This document shows positions 1-11,294 of a stretch of DNA of 64,000 nt, in pieces. The translations under genes were made by a program, and so were the position numbers. Source of the stretch: Bugula neritina (lineage: Eukaryota > Animalia > Bryozoa); contig OZ037770.1 of assembly GCA_964035545.1 (NCBI GenBank), positions 6,148,729 to 6,212,728 on the forward strand, written 5' to 3'. The notes beneath the pieces are model-generated. The model was not told the DNA's origin. It was given only the letters and a program-made list of their open reading frames with translations, and did not search any database. Position 1 is the first letter of the stretch. Every line of letters starts with the position of its first letter.

Positions 1-349
1 GCAGTTTCAAAATCAAACACAACAAACATGGTTAAAACAACTGTGACAAAAACCAATAACACTCAAGTTTCTATAATACAAAATGTCCTGCAAATTTTTC
101 TACTAGAAGTATTTCTGAGACTATGTTGTATCCCTAATACTGATAGAAAATGTTCATAAAGTTTAGGGAGGACTAGATAACAAGATTTCATGCTGAAGTA
201 TTAGTGGTTATATTTTATCAGGTTTAGAGCCACATGACTATTCTAAGCATTTTGAGCTGCAGTCCTGACAGTCAATCATGTAGGACAAAAACTGATACAG
301 ACTTATTTTATGGACAGACATGATTCTGTCTTGAGAACTGTTTGCTCAC

Positions 350-2100
350 CTCAGCATCTTCCTAACAGTAGTCACATGGTGTATACCAGAGGAGACAATA
401 TCTCTAATCTTATTGGCTACAGGAGGAGAAAGTCTGGTATTTCTTCTTTCTAAAATACAAAAGAGGAATATGAGAATATATTAGGAAACCATACCATAGG
501 TTTACCCTCCAAGTTGAGTTGAAGGAAAGCAGCAAGAAAGAAACACCATTTCTCTACAAACTCCGGACAGTGGGAGTAGGAAGCTCTGCACCAACCTCAG
601 CCCCACCCACATCTGATCAGTTGATGAAAACTGTTCTAAGAGGACTGCTGGAACAGCAGAAACTTCATATTTATTACAGAACCTAATCCTATCAAACAGA
701 CACAGCCTTGACAACTACTTAACATTACTCTCACTGTAACAATAACAATAACTGATTCTTCAGGCACTGTAGTTCCATTCCTTCGAATGAATCTGCATTG
801 ATTTGTACACATAGGTTTGTGGTTGTGGTTTGCATTCACTCATGGTTGTGGTTTTATTGGATACAAATCTTCTCAAGAAACATTTATTGTATAATGCAAA
901 GCAATGGAAATGCAGTAACTAGCAGAGGAGAGAGTTTGACTTGGGCATATAAAGGTATGTTACAGTTGAACTGACCTGGTGGAGACACATTGTACGTCCT
1001 GGTGATGAGAGGTCGCTTAGTTAAGGTGGAATCTGCAGTGTGATACTCGTGTGCCGCAGTAGTTGGTAGCTGCAGATAATGCCTGCAGTACAAAAATGTT
1101 CCAGATATGTTCTAGAAACACCATAGTATACAGGAAATAGTTAACTGTATAGCAATACAGCACACAGATACAACATAAAACTAAATTATAAACTATTCCT
1201 GACAATGTTTGATGGATAGTGTAATAGTATAATGAAGAAAATGCACCGAGCCATCCCAGTGCCAAAAAGGTAGGGACGTACCGCTCCTCCCCGCCTTCAC
1301 TGAACCCCTGTTCCTTCAGAACCTGAAACGCTCTGTCCATCAGCTGTTTGAGCACTTTCCTGTTAACGTCTGTTGGAACTGAGCAGTTTGGGAATTTGCG
1401 TACTTTCTTCACATAAATACGAGCTGGACAAGCGTGTTTGTAGTCTGTAATCAGTATTATAATATTATTATGATTAATTAATATTTTATATACCCAACTG
1501 TTTATGTAATCTAGTATGTTTAAAATAAACCTAATGGGGGTTTGATATTAGTTTAACGCACACACAAAGCAATTCTTAGCTTATAACACTTGATAGTACC
1601 CACAAAACTATGTATGAGATTCGGAAAGAGGGTAAAACTGTGTTATATTCTACACGTGTACATTATACTACAGAGTGTATATACAACTTGACATCAGAGA
1701 AGAAAGATTAGAAGGAAAACTATCCAAATAAACATGCACATCATCTTGATTGGCACTAATAAAAAAAAGATTTGAATGTTAAAAACTGTCTTATATTTCC
1801 AATAGCAGATAAAAATAGACAGAAAAAGTTATCATTTTTGTAACACAAATACAGCTAAAAGCTCGTTCTATATAGCTAAATAGGGGAGTATAACTGCTAC
1901 TTCACTGCATATACTTTGATTAACAAGTTACTAGATGATATGGGGAAAGAGCAGTGAGCTATGAAGTTAGTTTCATGAAGATTATCAGACACCAGTATAG
2001 ATATACACTAACCCTCTCCTGTTCCTTCTCCTGTACTATCAGCTTTAGACCCTTTCCTCCTTGGTCCGTATTGGCACTCCATCACAGCGGCCCGAATCAT
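350..2100 (-). pseudogene. CARF: 5'-truncated duplicate of the CaRF gene (4 exons visible: 2100-2013, 1444-1282, 1082-976, 449-350; continues past the left edge). Pseudogene or truncated paralog.
   Basis: Exons and introns align with about 44010-46004. Peptides VMECQYGPRRKG, YKHACPARIYVKKVRKFP, HYLQLPTTAAHEYH and RLSPPVANKIRDIVSSG are intact with GT-AG sites. Similarity breaks at about 2096, inside the SRATVMECQYG exon. Confidence 0.85.
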
Positions 2101-2736
2101 TTGTTTTGCTTGCTCAAATTGTGTTGTCTATAAAGAACTCAAATTTTAATGCATGCAGCATGTTAGTAGGCTACTATTTGAAAAGGATTACCAAAGATTT
2201 TAAAAATATTTTTGTTTTGCAGCATTTTAATAAATTCTGTCATTCAAATAACTTCACTAAAAAAAGTCATTTCTCATAGATGAAGGTTGAGCTAGTTGAA
2301 TCCCAAATTACATTTTTTATCATACATTTTGAGAAAATTTGTTGCCAATTTAAAGGTCAACACGATGAAAGTAGTTCATATGTTGATGTTTTTGCCCAGT
2401 AAAACTAAATAACTCATAAATATTTTGCTCACTAAGATAAAGCCCATATTTGGCTATAAAGTTTTTAACACAATGTGTCCTGAAAGGAGGAAGTAGAGCC
2501 ACACTGTATGAAGGTTGAATCAGTACTATTTATTGTATAATTTATATTGTTTCAACTATTTAGCAAGCAGCAAACAGAGTTTTATTATGCATTAGCAAAA
2601 AAGTGTTTTATTCAACAGTATTTTGCACCTCCAACCCCATGGATATACAACTAATAATTACAACCGTTGTATTTGATAGCAATATAGTATTCTTTATTTA
2701 ATGACAATAGGTAGTTGTAAGTTGTAGCCTGGCACT

Positions 2737-4184
2737 GTGAAGAATTTTGCGAATCTTAGCTCTAAACCTCTAGCAAATATGTTATTCAAAAGTTTCATCA
2801 TGTCCCGCATCGCCTATTGTTTACCTACTATTTTTACTTGTATCTATGCCAGTGATAAAAAGGCTATTCGAAGAATTCTCAAAGATTGCTCAAAACTCGG
2901 AATTGAGTATCTAAACATTGATTCGCACATTCAGAAACTCACTAAAGAACTTGCCATCAAATATATAATAGACAATGACCATTTCATCAATAACTTTCTG
3001 AGTCAATGCCCTTCTGGAAGATATCGAACCATCAAATATAGAGGGGCATGGGGCAGAGATAGCTTCTTGCGACATCTTGTAAATACTTTAAATGAGCTTC
3101 TATTTTAAATAATCCAACAGAGTTTTGATTTTTTTTCTCTTATTTTTGTTCATTCCTACTTAGGGGAAACCTGGGTGATATGGGCCACTTAAGCCCACAG
3201 CCCAGGCTGACTATGGTTGATTGAAAATTAGTATTTCATCATGTGGGTGCTATCTCTACTGACATACAAAGAGAGTTTGAACCTCCTATACAGATGCTTG
3301 ACTGAGCTATAATTGAAAATTGGTGGACCATATCACCCGGGAACTTTTTGAAATTTCGGGTGATATGGGCCACCACAGACTCCGTCACATAAAGTCAGCT
3401 TTTTTGTGTTGAAAATGCATTTTGCTATATTAAAAAGTAACATAAAACAATAGATTTAAAATAAGTGTGTAACAGCTTCTTTTAGTGCCTCCTGACTCCA
3501 AGCATTTTAAATATTTTTGAAAGAATATCTTGGCATCTAAAATACATTGCGTGAGTATGAATATTTCAAGCACATATTCTACAGCAACTGGCTATATTGT
3601 TGTCTAATCAATATTTAGAAGTTTAATGCTTCATCATTTTTTGAAACACTTGAGAAGTAGTATTATTTTTCTTCAAACAAGTATATGAATAGAAAAATTC
3701 ACGGTCCATATCACCCCCCAGGTGGCGGTCCATATCACCCCAAAATCATGTCACCAAAAATTTTGAATTCCTACAGGCAGAGAGTGGACAAGTATTATAT
3801 ATACTATTTGGGTATTTATACATACCTTCTACACATTATCTGTAGATACAGGCCACTTACTTCAGGTAATTTTTTTCAATGAAAATATATCCACAAAGTT
3901 TGTGAAAAGTTATAAGAAAATGAGCAAAAAGAGAAAATGTGTCTTTATTTTCTAAGACAAAGAGACAAGTCTAAAATATGTAGACAGGAAGTTAGATATT
4001 CCTATTTCTAAACAATGAGACACTTTCCAACTTTCTGGTAGCCTTGGATACTGCAAAACATGCATGGTCCATATCACCCGGGTGGTTCATATCACCCAGG
4101 TTTCCCCTATTATAGCCAGTATTTACACTGAATTTTGCAACGTGTTGTCATGTTTGTGATATGTAATAAATCAATCAATCAATC
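2737..4184 (+). mobile_element. 3' fragment of a non-LTR retrotransposon (CR1/L2-group-like LINE), interrupted by a MITE
   Basis: ORF 2737-3108 (LFKSFIMSRIAYCLP...PSGRYR...RDSFL) resembles the post-RT C-terminus of LINE ORF2. The 3' UTR resumes after the MITE and ends in AATAAA followed by a (TCAA)n tail at about 4165-4184. Confidence 0.7.
3163..4107. mobile_element. Non-autonomous DNA transposon (MITE), Tc1/mariner-pogo-type TA target duplication
   Basis: TIRs GGGGAAACCTGGGTGATATGGGCCAC (3163-3188) and GTGGTTCATATCACCCAGGTTTCCCC (4082-4107), 24/26 match, flanked by TA on both sides. Internal CCATATCACCC motif copies near 3328, 3358 (inverted), 3707, 3730 and 4069. Confidence 0.85.
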
Positions 4185-4581
4185 ACTTTAAACGTTTGTT
4201 ACAATATTACTGTCATGTATTTATAACTATTTTGCTGCTAGTACATGGTAATACTAGTCATGTAAAGGTGATTATTGTGTAGTTTGCTATTGCTAATTTA
4301 TAGAGTGTAATAATTTAATTTAATTCCAGTTTAAACTCTAGTCATTTTAAGTGTTAGATTATGTTTATTGATCTCTTAAAAATAGCATATCAGTTCACAA
4401 TTGTTAATTTGTTAAATACCAGTTTGGAATTTTAATAAGTTGATACACAACTTTATAGCAACTATTACTAAATAATTTTTTTAGTTATTAATATTATAAG
4501 CAAACAATAATAACACTCATATATAATCTTTCAATAATATATAGATAAGACTGTACGTAATAAGTTATGAGCAAACACTGC

Positions 4582-6592
4582 ACCACCAGTTTTTTCATAA
4601 TGTGTAAGACTTGATTAAACAAAGGGGAGTTTCATTGACGTATCCATCATCTCAGAGATAAGAATCACGAGGGTAAAGTATGTCTCTATAACCAGTTAGT
4701 CTCAACAACCAATCATTATCTTCACTACTCAGCAGCTTGTCACATCTCAATCACACCTTGCCGAGCTGTTAACAAGCCACTATTTATAAATATCAGTTCC
4801 AGTCAAACTCAACAATATGGACAAAGACTAAAGAGGCTGGTAAGAATTTTGCTTCAATCTGTAGCATACATGTATTGTATTTTACTCAGAAATTAGCAAA
4901 AAGTGTTCATAAAATATGCTTCTGTATATGAGAACACGTCTCATAAGTGTATATATGTCAATATGTTATTTATACGCCACCCTCGCAGCACCACGGCAGT
5001 GAGAGGTGACCAAAGGTGGTCAAGCCTATAATATATAAACTTTATTATTGAGTCATTGCTTTGCAGAAGACTTGAGACAAAATTATTGTTATTAAGCAGC
5101 ATTTGCTTATTTATTTGATTGAATTTTTAACTTTCTATAATATTGCGACTGCAGAAACCCTGTTAGGCCCGAAGTAGCATATGTGCTACATTAAGATTTT
5201 ATAGTTAATCAGGTAATATTATATGATAACTTAATCACTGATAACGTATTCATGCCCTGGTAATTTACTTATATTAAATATAGCTTATATAGCAACTGCA
5301 TTGCTTTATTTAAAGACATGATATTATTCCGGAGGTCAAATCTCAGGGTATGTCTGTCATAATTCCTCTTAACGCTAAAACTTTCTTATTATGATATCAG
5401 CTCAGAAATGAGGTAATAATGTCTAGCAGCAAGTTATCAGTGCATATAATTATGCTTATTTACTCAGTCAGCGTATATGTTCATGACTGACATATTATAA
5501 TGTTAGAATAATAGTTGTATAGCCTGTCAGCAATTATTATTATTATGTGATCCACTGCTAGTCTCCAAGTAGTATTTTAGTTGCTGGGCAAAATTTTACA
5601 ATAATTTTAATAAAAAAACTATTCAACTGGTCAGCAGTAACATTTTTAATTATATTTTTAAGTTTTAGTTCAGAATTATAAGTTTAAATTTTACTAGTTT
5701 GAAGAACTATAACTTATATTAGGTGTTTATATTATTTTTATTACGCTCATAAAGATAGCATATCAGTATATGAGAGCAAGGAACATGTCAAGTGCTGCTT
5801 TGATAATTTATATTTTATAGGGTAATAGACAACTCCATAATGTAGCAACTATCACTAACTAGTTTATTAGCTGCTGATGTAAACAAATTTTCAATGTTAT
5901 GTTTCATTAGGTTAGAATTATGAAATTAAAACAACATTCCAACAAAATATATTTGGTTGCATATTTACTGCCAAAAATTTGCTGAATTTATAATCACAAA
6001 ATTCTAGTATTTAAAGAAATTTCTATTCTAATTTATAGTTCATTTTTACAACCAAAAATTTCTAACAAGGCTTGGATCATTTAAATTGCAATTGTGAAAA
6101 GTTATACCAAAATACAATTAAAGCCTTATAAACCCATACAAGCATTATAATATCAATTAATTTTATTGTCAGAATTATGATACATTTAGTAATCAATGAT
6201 CAAAGGTGAAATCGTGATGAATAAAAACATACAACCTTGCATTAGACCAGATAGCCATAGTTGGGTGTTTTCAACAAGCACAAAGCTTGCTGCAGTGAAT
6301 GTGGTAAACCAGTCGAATGTAGATAACACTTAATAGCATACAGGAATGCATGCGGCTCTCACACTGTGTTATCAGTTTGAAGAGAGGCACAGTTCTTAGC
6401 CCAGCAGTGGTTAAGACTTTTACCACCAGTTTCTCACAGTGATAGAGCCTTTAAACAAACAAGAGATTTATTGACATATTGACTATCAGAGATAAGAATC
6501 ATGAGGGTAAAGCATGTCTTTACAACAAGTTATCATCAGCAACAGTCATTGTCTTCACCACTCAGCAGCTGGTCACATCTCAATCAAGCTTG
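4582..6592. repeat. Pair of diverged ~175 bp direct repeats (about 4582-4760 and 6422-6592)
   Basis: Shared blocks ACCACCAGTTT, TCAGAGATAAGAATCA.GAGGGTAAAG and CTCAGCAGCT.GTCACATCTCAATCA in the same order. Confidence 0.7.
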
Positions 6593-8356
6593 TCTGGTGA
6601 TGCTGAATATTATAGTTTTGAACTAGAGGTAGATACGAGTAGTAATAGCTCATGTCAATACATGTCGGACACCGATTGAAGTTAGTAATACTCAACCAAA
6701 TGATTATGTTATTCAAATTTTATATAAATATTATTTCGATCCTAATTATCTATTCATGCATGATCTTGACAGTAATGCAATGCATAAATTAATCTAAAAA
6801 GTGAATACTAGTATTTATTATGAATATGAATATGATTGCTTATGCGATTTTGATGCAACACTTGTAGCAGTGTGAGTATGAATATTTCAATAATATAAAT
6901 ATTTTTGATGGTAATAATTAATAAGTAGTACTATGCTTAGCTCTGTTCGGTAAAAATGCCACATTTTCAACAGTTAGGTTAAAGTTTGAGATGGTGTATT
7001 TAGGTTTGAGGTTTGAGTTTAGAATTGGGGCATCAGGTTTGGAGTTTGTATGTCGAATTTGTGTAGATTCAGCCTTAGTTTGCCGTTTCTACCTACTTTT
7101 GCAATTGTCACACTACTGCCTGCGCTATTATTACCAGTGCCACTTTTATCATTAACAATTTGGACAGGCTATTTTATCTAAAATTATTGTTTATATTGCT
7201 GTAATTTTATGCTTAGTAAAAGCTTTTATAAAATTGGTATGGGTTATTCGTCAGAAACAAATACTCAAAACATTTATGTTGCTCATTGTTATGAGAGAAC
7301 AGAGAGAAGTATTCATGTGTCAAACTTAAAATCTAACTGATGTGCTATAGTATTTCATTCCACTTAAATATGGTAGAATGTTTTTATCTGTTTGGCTCGT
7401 CACATTCAAACTATTGACTGCTCGTTGACGTTTTTTCGGCGGTCCTGAGACTAGTGCTAGGCACCCTGGTTGTATGAATCTGTCAGATAACCAGAGCTAA
7501 AAGAACACTTGATGATCCAAAGCGAGGGTCGCCCCGAAAGCGGCACTTGCGGTTGCCAGCCTCTCCACAATCTCGCTCTATCCGTGCTCTTGTGTCAGCT
7601 GTGGTCCAGTGGGGCCTTTTTGTTAGCATTTGTGGAAGGGCTAGCTGTTGGCACGCAGGCTCCTCTCTTAGCTTTATGTCTTCTTCTGACGGAGGGTCGT
7701 CGGCTGGGGGGAGGTAGTGTTCTCCTCTGGGTGGTTAGGAGGTACAGGCTGAGGTGACAGAGGCCCCTGCGGGCTGACAGCAGCTGTCTCCGGAGTTACT
7801 CGGGGTGGGGAGTCCCAACCTCCTCACATTCCATGGCTTCTGCAACAGAAAGTAGAGGCCGTGATGGGCCGATTTGGTCGATGCCCAAATTCGGCATCTC
7901 TTTGTAAGGAACTCTCTGACTGAGTGGTAAATGAGGTGAAAGTTGAAGAGCCACTCGTCCGATTTCCTGATCTAGCAGGTAGTCGTGGACTGGGGACTAT
8001 TCTAAATCTACCCCACACTCACTGTCATGGAATAATTCAGTTTCCAACAAGGTGAAAATGAATCAAACGAGCTACTATACTCCGTAAAAGAAGGTTCTAG
8101 TATGTTGGAAATACCTGATCGCGTAAGTGTGTTGGTAATTTCAGTGGTTGTTGGTTCCGTTTTCTTTTTGGTTCTGATTACTAAGTTGGAAGCACATCTG
8201 TTCTCTTTCAAGGCAGTGGTGAAAATGGCCAAGTTTTGAATTTTAAATTCCAAATTCGCGGAATCGCCAGTCACGTAATCGGTCAATTGGTCAGTTAAGT
8301 TGGGTAACTCCGGAGATCGGTTTGTCTCCGAATTTCGGTTTCGAGTTTCTCTAGTT

Positions 8357-9558
8357 TTAGAAGTATTTATTGCCTAGGTTAAGGCTGTGAACTGAATTTA
8401 TATTTGTTTGGAGCAAACAATTCGAAATTTTGGGGTTGGTTAGACATCCAATGTGGTAGTCAGCCCAGTATTTTGGGGGTCTTCTATCCCTTTTTCTTTT
8501 TTCTAAGATGTTAGCGGCTGAAGTATCTGGCCGGTCTGGAGTGTTTTGTATTGGGGGTGCTTTTTTTAGGTTTTCTGGTGGTGCGATAGGCCCTGGGTTC
8601 TCTGGTGGTGGTGTGGGGTCCTCTGTCATAGGGCCACCGAGGTCAAGCCCGGGATTGGCCGATCCTCTAGCTGTGGCTGGGGTGGTGGCCGCTGTGTGTC
8701 ATTAAGCTCTTCAGAAATGCGGACAAAGATCTCCCGGTTTCTAGGCCGAGCTACCCTCCCCCGAGAGACGGGTTGGCGGGAGGGGGCTCCAACAGTGGGG
8801 GTGCTTGTTTTGCTGATTCTGGGCTTTTGTAGTAAGGTTTTAGCCGCTGCTCGTTTTGGACAGCGGTTTGTCCTGAGCGCTTCACACGGTATGTGTGGTT
8901 GGGAAAAACCTCATCTACGCAGTAGGGTCCGACGAACTTTGGCTGCAATTTGCCGACTGTCCGTGACGCCTACGGTAGCTGACCATCCACACCCAGTCCC
9001 CTTCTTTGTATAAGGGAAGCTCCTCAAAATCTTCTGTTCGCACTGCCCACTGTTTCTTTCGCAGGGCTTCGTGCGCTTTCCTCATGGTCTCGACCAGCTT
9101 TCCTACATACTCATGTACGGGAAATTCGGGAGCTGGAACGTGGTAAGTGAGATGTCCCGGAACTCTAGTTTCGCGGCCCAACATCAACAGACTTGGTATT
9201 TCATGTGTACTAGAGTGAGAGGTACTCCGATAAGCTCGCATAATTTGTGGTAACATAATATCCCGCTCTTCTTGACTCCTCCCCAACAAGAGACTCTGAA
9301 GAACATCACCCAGCATTAGATTGTTTCTTTCTATCACCCCGTTTCCTTGAGGGTGGTACGGGGTGGTCCGGCTTTGATTCACCTCCCATACTTCGCAGAG
9401 GTCTTTCATTAGTTCTGATTAGAATTGGGCGCCCTGATTGGTGTGTATCTGTTCCTGTAGGCCGAAGTAACAGAACACGTGTTGGTCCGGGACCTGGGCT
9501 ACCGTGGGTGCCGCTGCATCGGGGATAGCCAAGGCATCCGCCCACCGTGTGAAGTGGT
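8357..9558 (-). mobile_element. Degraded Ty3/Gypsy integrase fragment related to the neighbouring full-length element
   Basis: Frameshifted pieces 8915-9409 (NQSRTTPYHPQGNGVIERNN), 8751-8948 (PKFVGPY) and 8357-8629 (RDRRPPKYWADY, integrase tail). GC-rich element-like sequence continues to about 7450. Confidence 0.85.
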
Positions 9559-9634
9559 AAAACCAAAATACTAAAACTAAAAGTAAAACTAAAAGTTATA
9601 AAATTAAATGATAAAATATTATAATGATAATTAT

Positions 9635-9938
9635 TGTTATAGTTTTCAGATTTAGGGTTGATGTGCCACCAAGAGAGTCTATTTATCACTAGAGAAACTT
9701 CACCAGTTAAGTCGAGTAGATATCGTTATATTTAATACAAGAATACATAATAAAATCCAATGTACAACAGTAATGATACGCACGTCTATTTAATTTACAG
9801 CACTATCCTCAACTGAGCTAGTAGCGCGAAGCGGCTACTATTACTTAACAAACAGCTTAGCTAATTGGCTAATACATTGTTCCGGGTCAATACGCAACCT
9901 TGCGTATTGTGTTGCTGGTAGCTCCACGAGCCACCACA
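9635..9938 (-). repeat. 3' LTR of Gypsy A
   Basis: Near-identical to 16769-17072; preceded on the - strand by a polypurine tract. Confidence 0.95.
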
Positions 9939-10203
9939 CTGCCCCCTCCAGCAGAAAGCCCACTTTCTGATAAAATAAGATTCACATAAAAATGTATACT
10001 TCGTTGTGGGGGGGTAAGAGAACAGTATAAAAGTAATAAAAAAAAACAACAACTGGTAAAAAATATACAGGTATATATAACGTGCACTAAGTGATACGTA
10101 AGAGAAGGTCCTATCTACATATAGAGTACGTGCCACCATTACGGTAGGGAATGCCACAGAGAGGTAGGGGAATGAGTAGTAGGGAGTGGTAGGTAGACTC
10201 GAG

Positions 10204-11277
10204 TTAACTGCGGGCCGCACGCTTCATGCGTTTAATAGACTCCTGTAAGTATTTGAGTTCACTGGAGGCTGCCTGTATCCGTGGGGCCAGCCTGTACACT
10301 TCCTGCTCCAAGTCATGCGCCCTAGCTTCTACCTCACGTAGGTTACGGGTCCAGGGGGACGAGCGAGAGGAAGTTGGCTGCCTGTGTCGTTTCCGCTCTG
10401 AGGATGGGAGAGGAGGAGGGAGTGTATACGCATTTGTGTCTACTCTCTGTAGTACGACACGAGGGAAGGTATGCGGCATGCGTATAGGACTGTGAGGTGG
10501 AGAGTTAGCAGACTGTGTAGGTTTATCTGCGGCTCCAGAGATGATGGGTCGCGGGGAAGGGAAGCCTTGCTCCAGGCGAGATAGCCGAGCTGAGTCAGTG
10601 ATGAGTGGTTTGATGGCGTTGAGAAAGGCAGGATATGATGATTCGTCTACTTCATAGACATGTCCTGGATAGCACTGCATAGTACGTTGGTGCCGCAGTA
10701 AGTAATCACGATTATAGCTATATTCTCCGCAAGGGCAGAAAGTGGTGATGTAGTGCTGCGGCAAGTGCACCTTTAGTCTGCGGTGGGTTGTGAATCGCTG
10801 CTGGCAGAGGTTGCATTCACGATTACTCTCACTTCCTTGATGGGTCCTGATTTCTCTCTCTGTGGCAGGGGTAATCCAGTTGGAGGTTGCTTCCAACTGG
10901 GGTGGTAGTTGCCTGGTGGTAGGGGTTGTTGGGGCCGGCTCTGGGTCCCACGCCATCTCTAGGGAAGGCATGCCCGTAGAGACGGGCGCGAGTGTGTCTA
11001 CAAAAGTAGAATTATTGTTAGATCGCGGTGGATCTTTACAACATAATTCTAGTGACTGTCGACCGTTGCTAGCCTGAGAGTCACAGCTTTTGGAATGCAC
11101 TCGAGGAACTGATGAATCATGTGTGGACTGACCAAGAACAGTGTCTAGCTCCAGGTCTAACAGACCGTCGGCCATTACAGTGTCTTCATCGTCATTCACA
11201 TGAAACGTGGTTCCCAGTAATTCTGATTCAATCTGCTGAATTAGTTCAGAATTTACTGGCATCGAGCCCGTTTCCAT
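10204..11277 (-). CDS. Gypsy A ORF3: zinc-finger plus C-terminal coiled-coil protein (357 aa) in the env position
   Basis: CNLC-x12-H-x3-H C2H2 finger, then FCPCG...H...C; Pro/Ser-rich linker; heptad tail LREVEARAHDLEQEVYRL...LKYLQESIKRMKR. Homologous to 55993-56805 and 32024-32389. Confidence 0.85.
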   Translation of the reverse strand: METGSMPVNSELIQQIESELLGTTFHVNDDEDTVMADGLLDLELDTVLGQSTHDSSVPRVHSKSCDSQASNGRQSLELCCKDPPRSNNNSTFVDTLAPVSTGMPSLEMAWDPEPAPTTPTTRQLPPQLEATSNWITPATEREIRTHQGSESNRECNLCQQRFTTHRRLKVHLPQHYITTFCPCGEYSYNRDYLLRHQRTMQCYPGHVYEVDESSYPAFLNAIKPLITDSARLSRLEQGFPSPRPIISGAADKPTQSANSPPHSPIRMPHTFPRVVLQRVDTNAYTLPPPLPSSERKRHRQPTSSRSSPWTRNLREVEARAHDLEQEVYRLAPRIQAASSELKYLQESIKRMKRAARS

Positions 11278-11294
11278 GAATAGGAATACAAGAC

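Noticed and set aside
10204-11277. ORF3 as a retroviral-type env gene
   Set aside because: No signal peptide or transmembrane anchor is evident; it has zinc fingers and a coiled coil instead.
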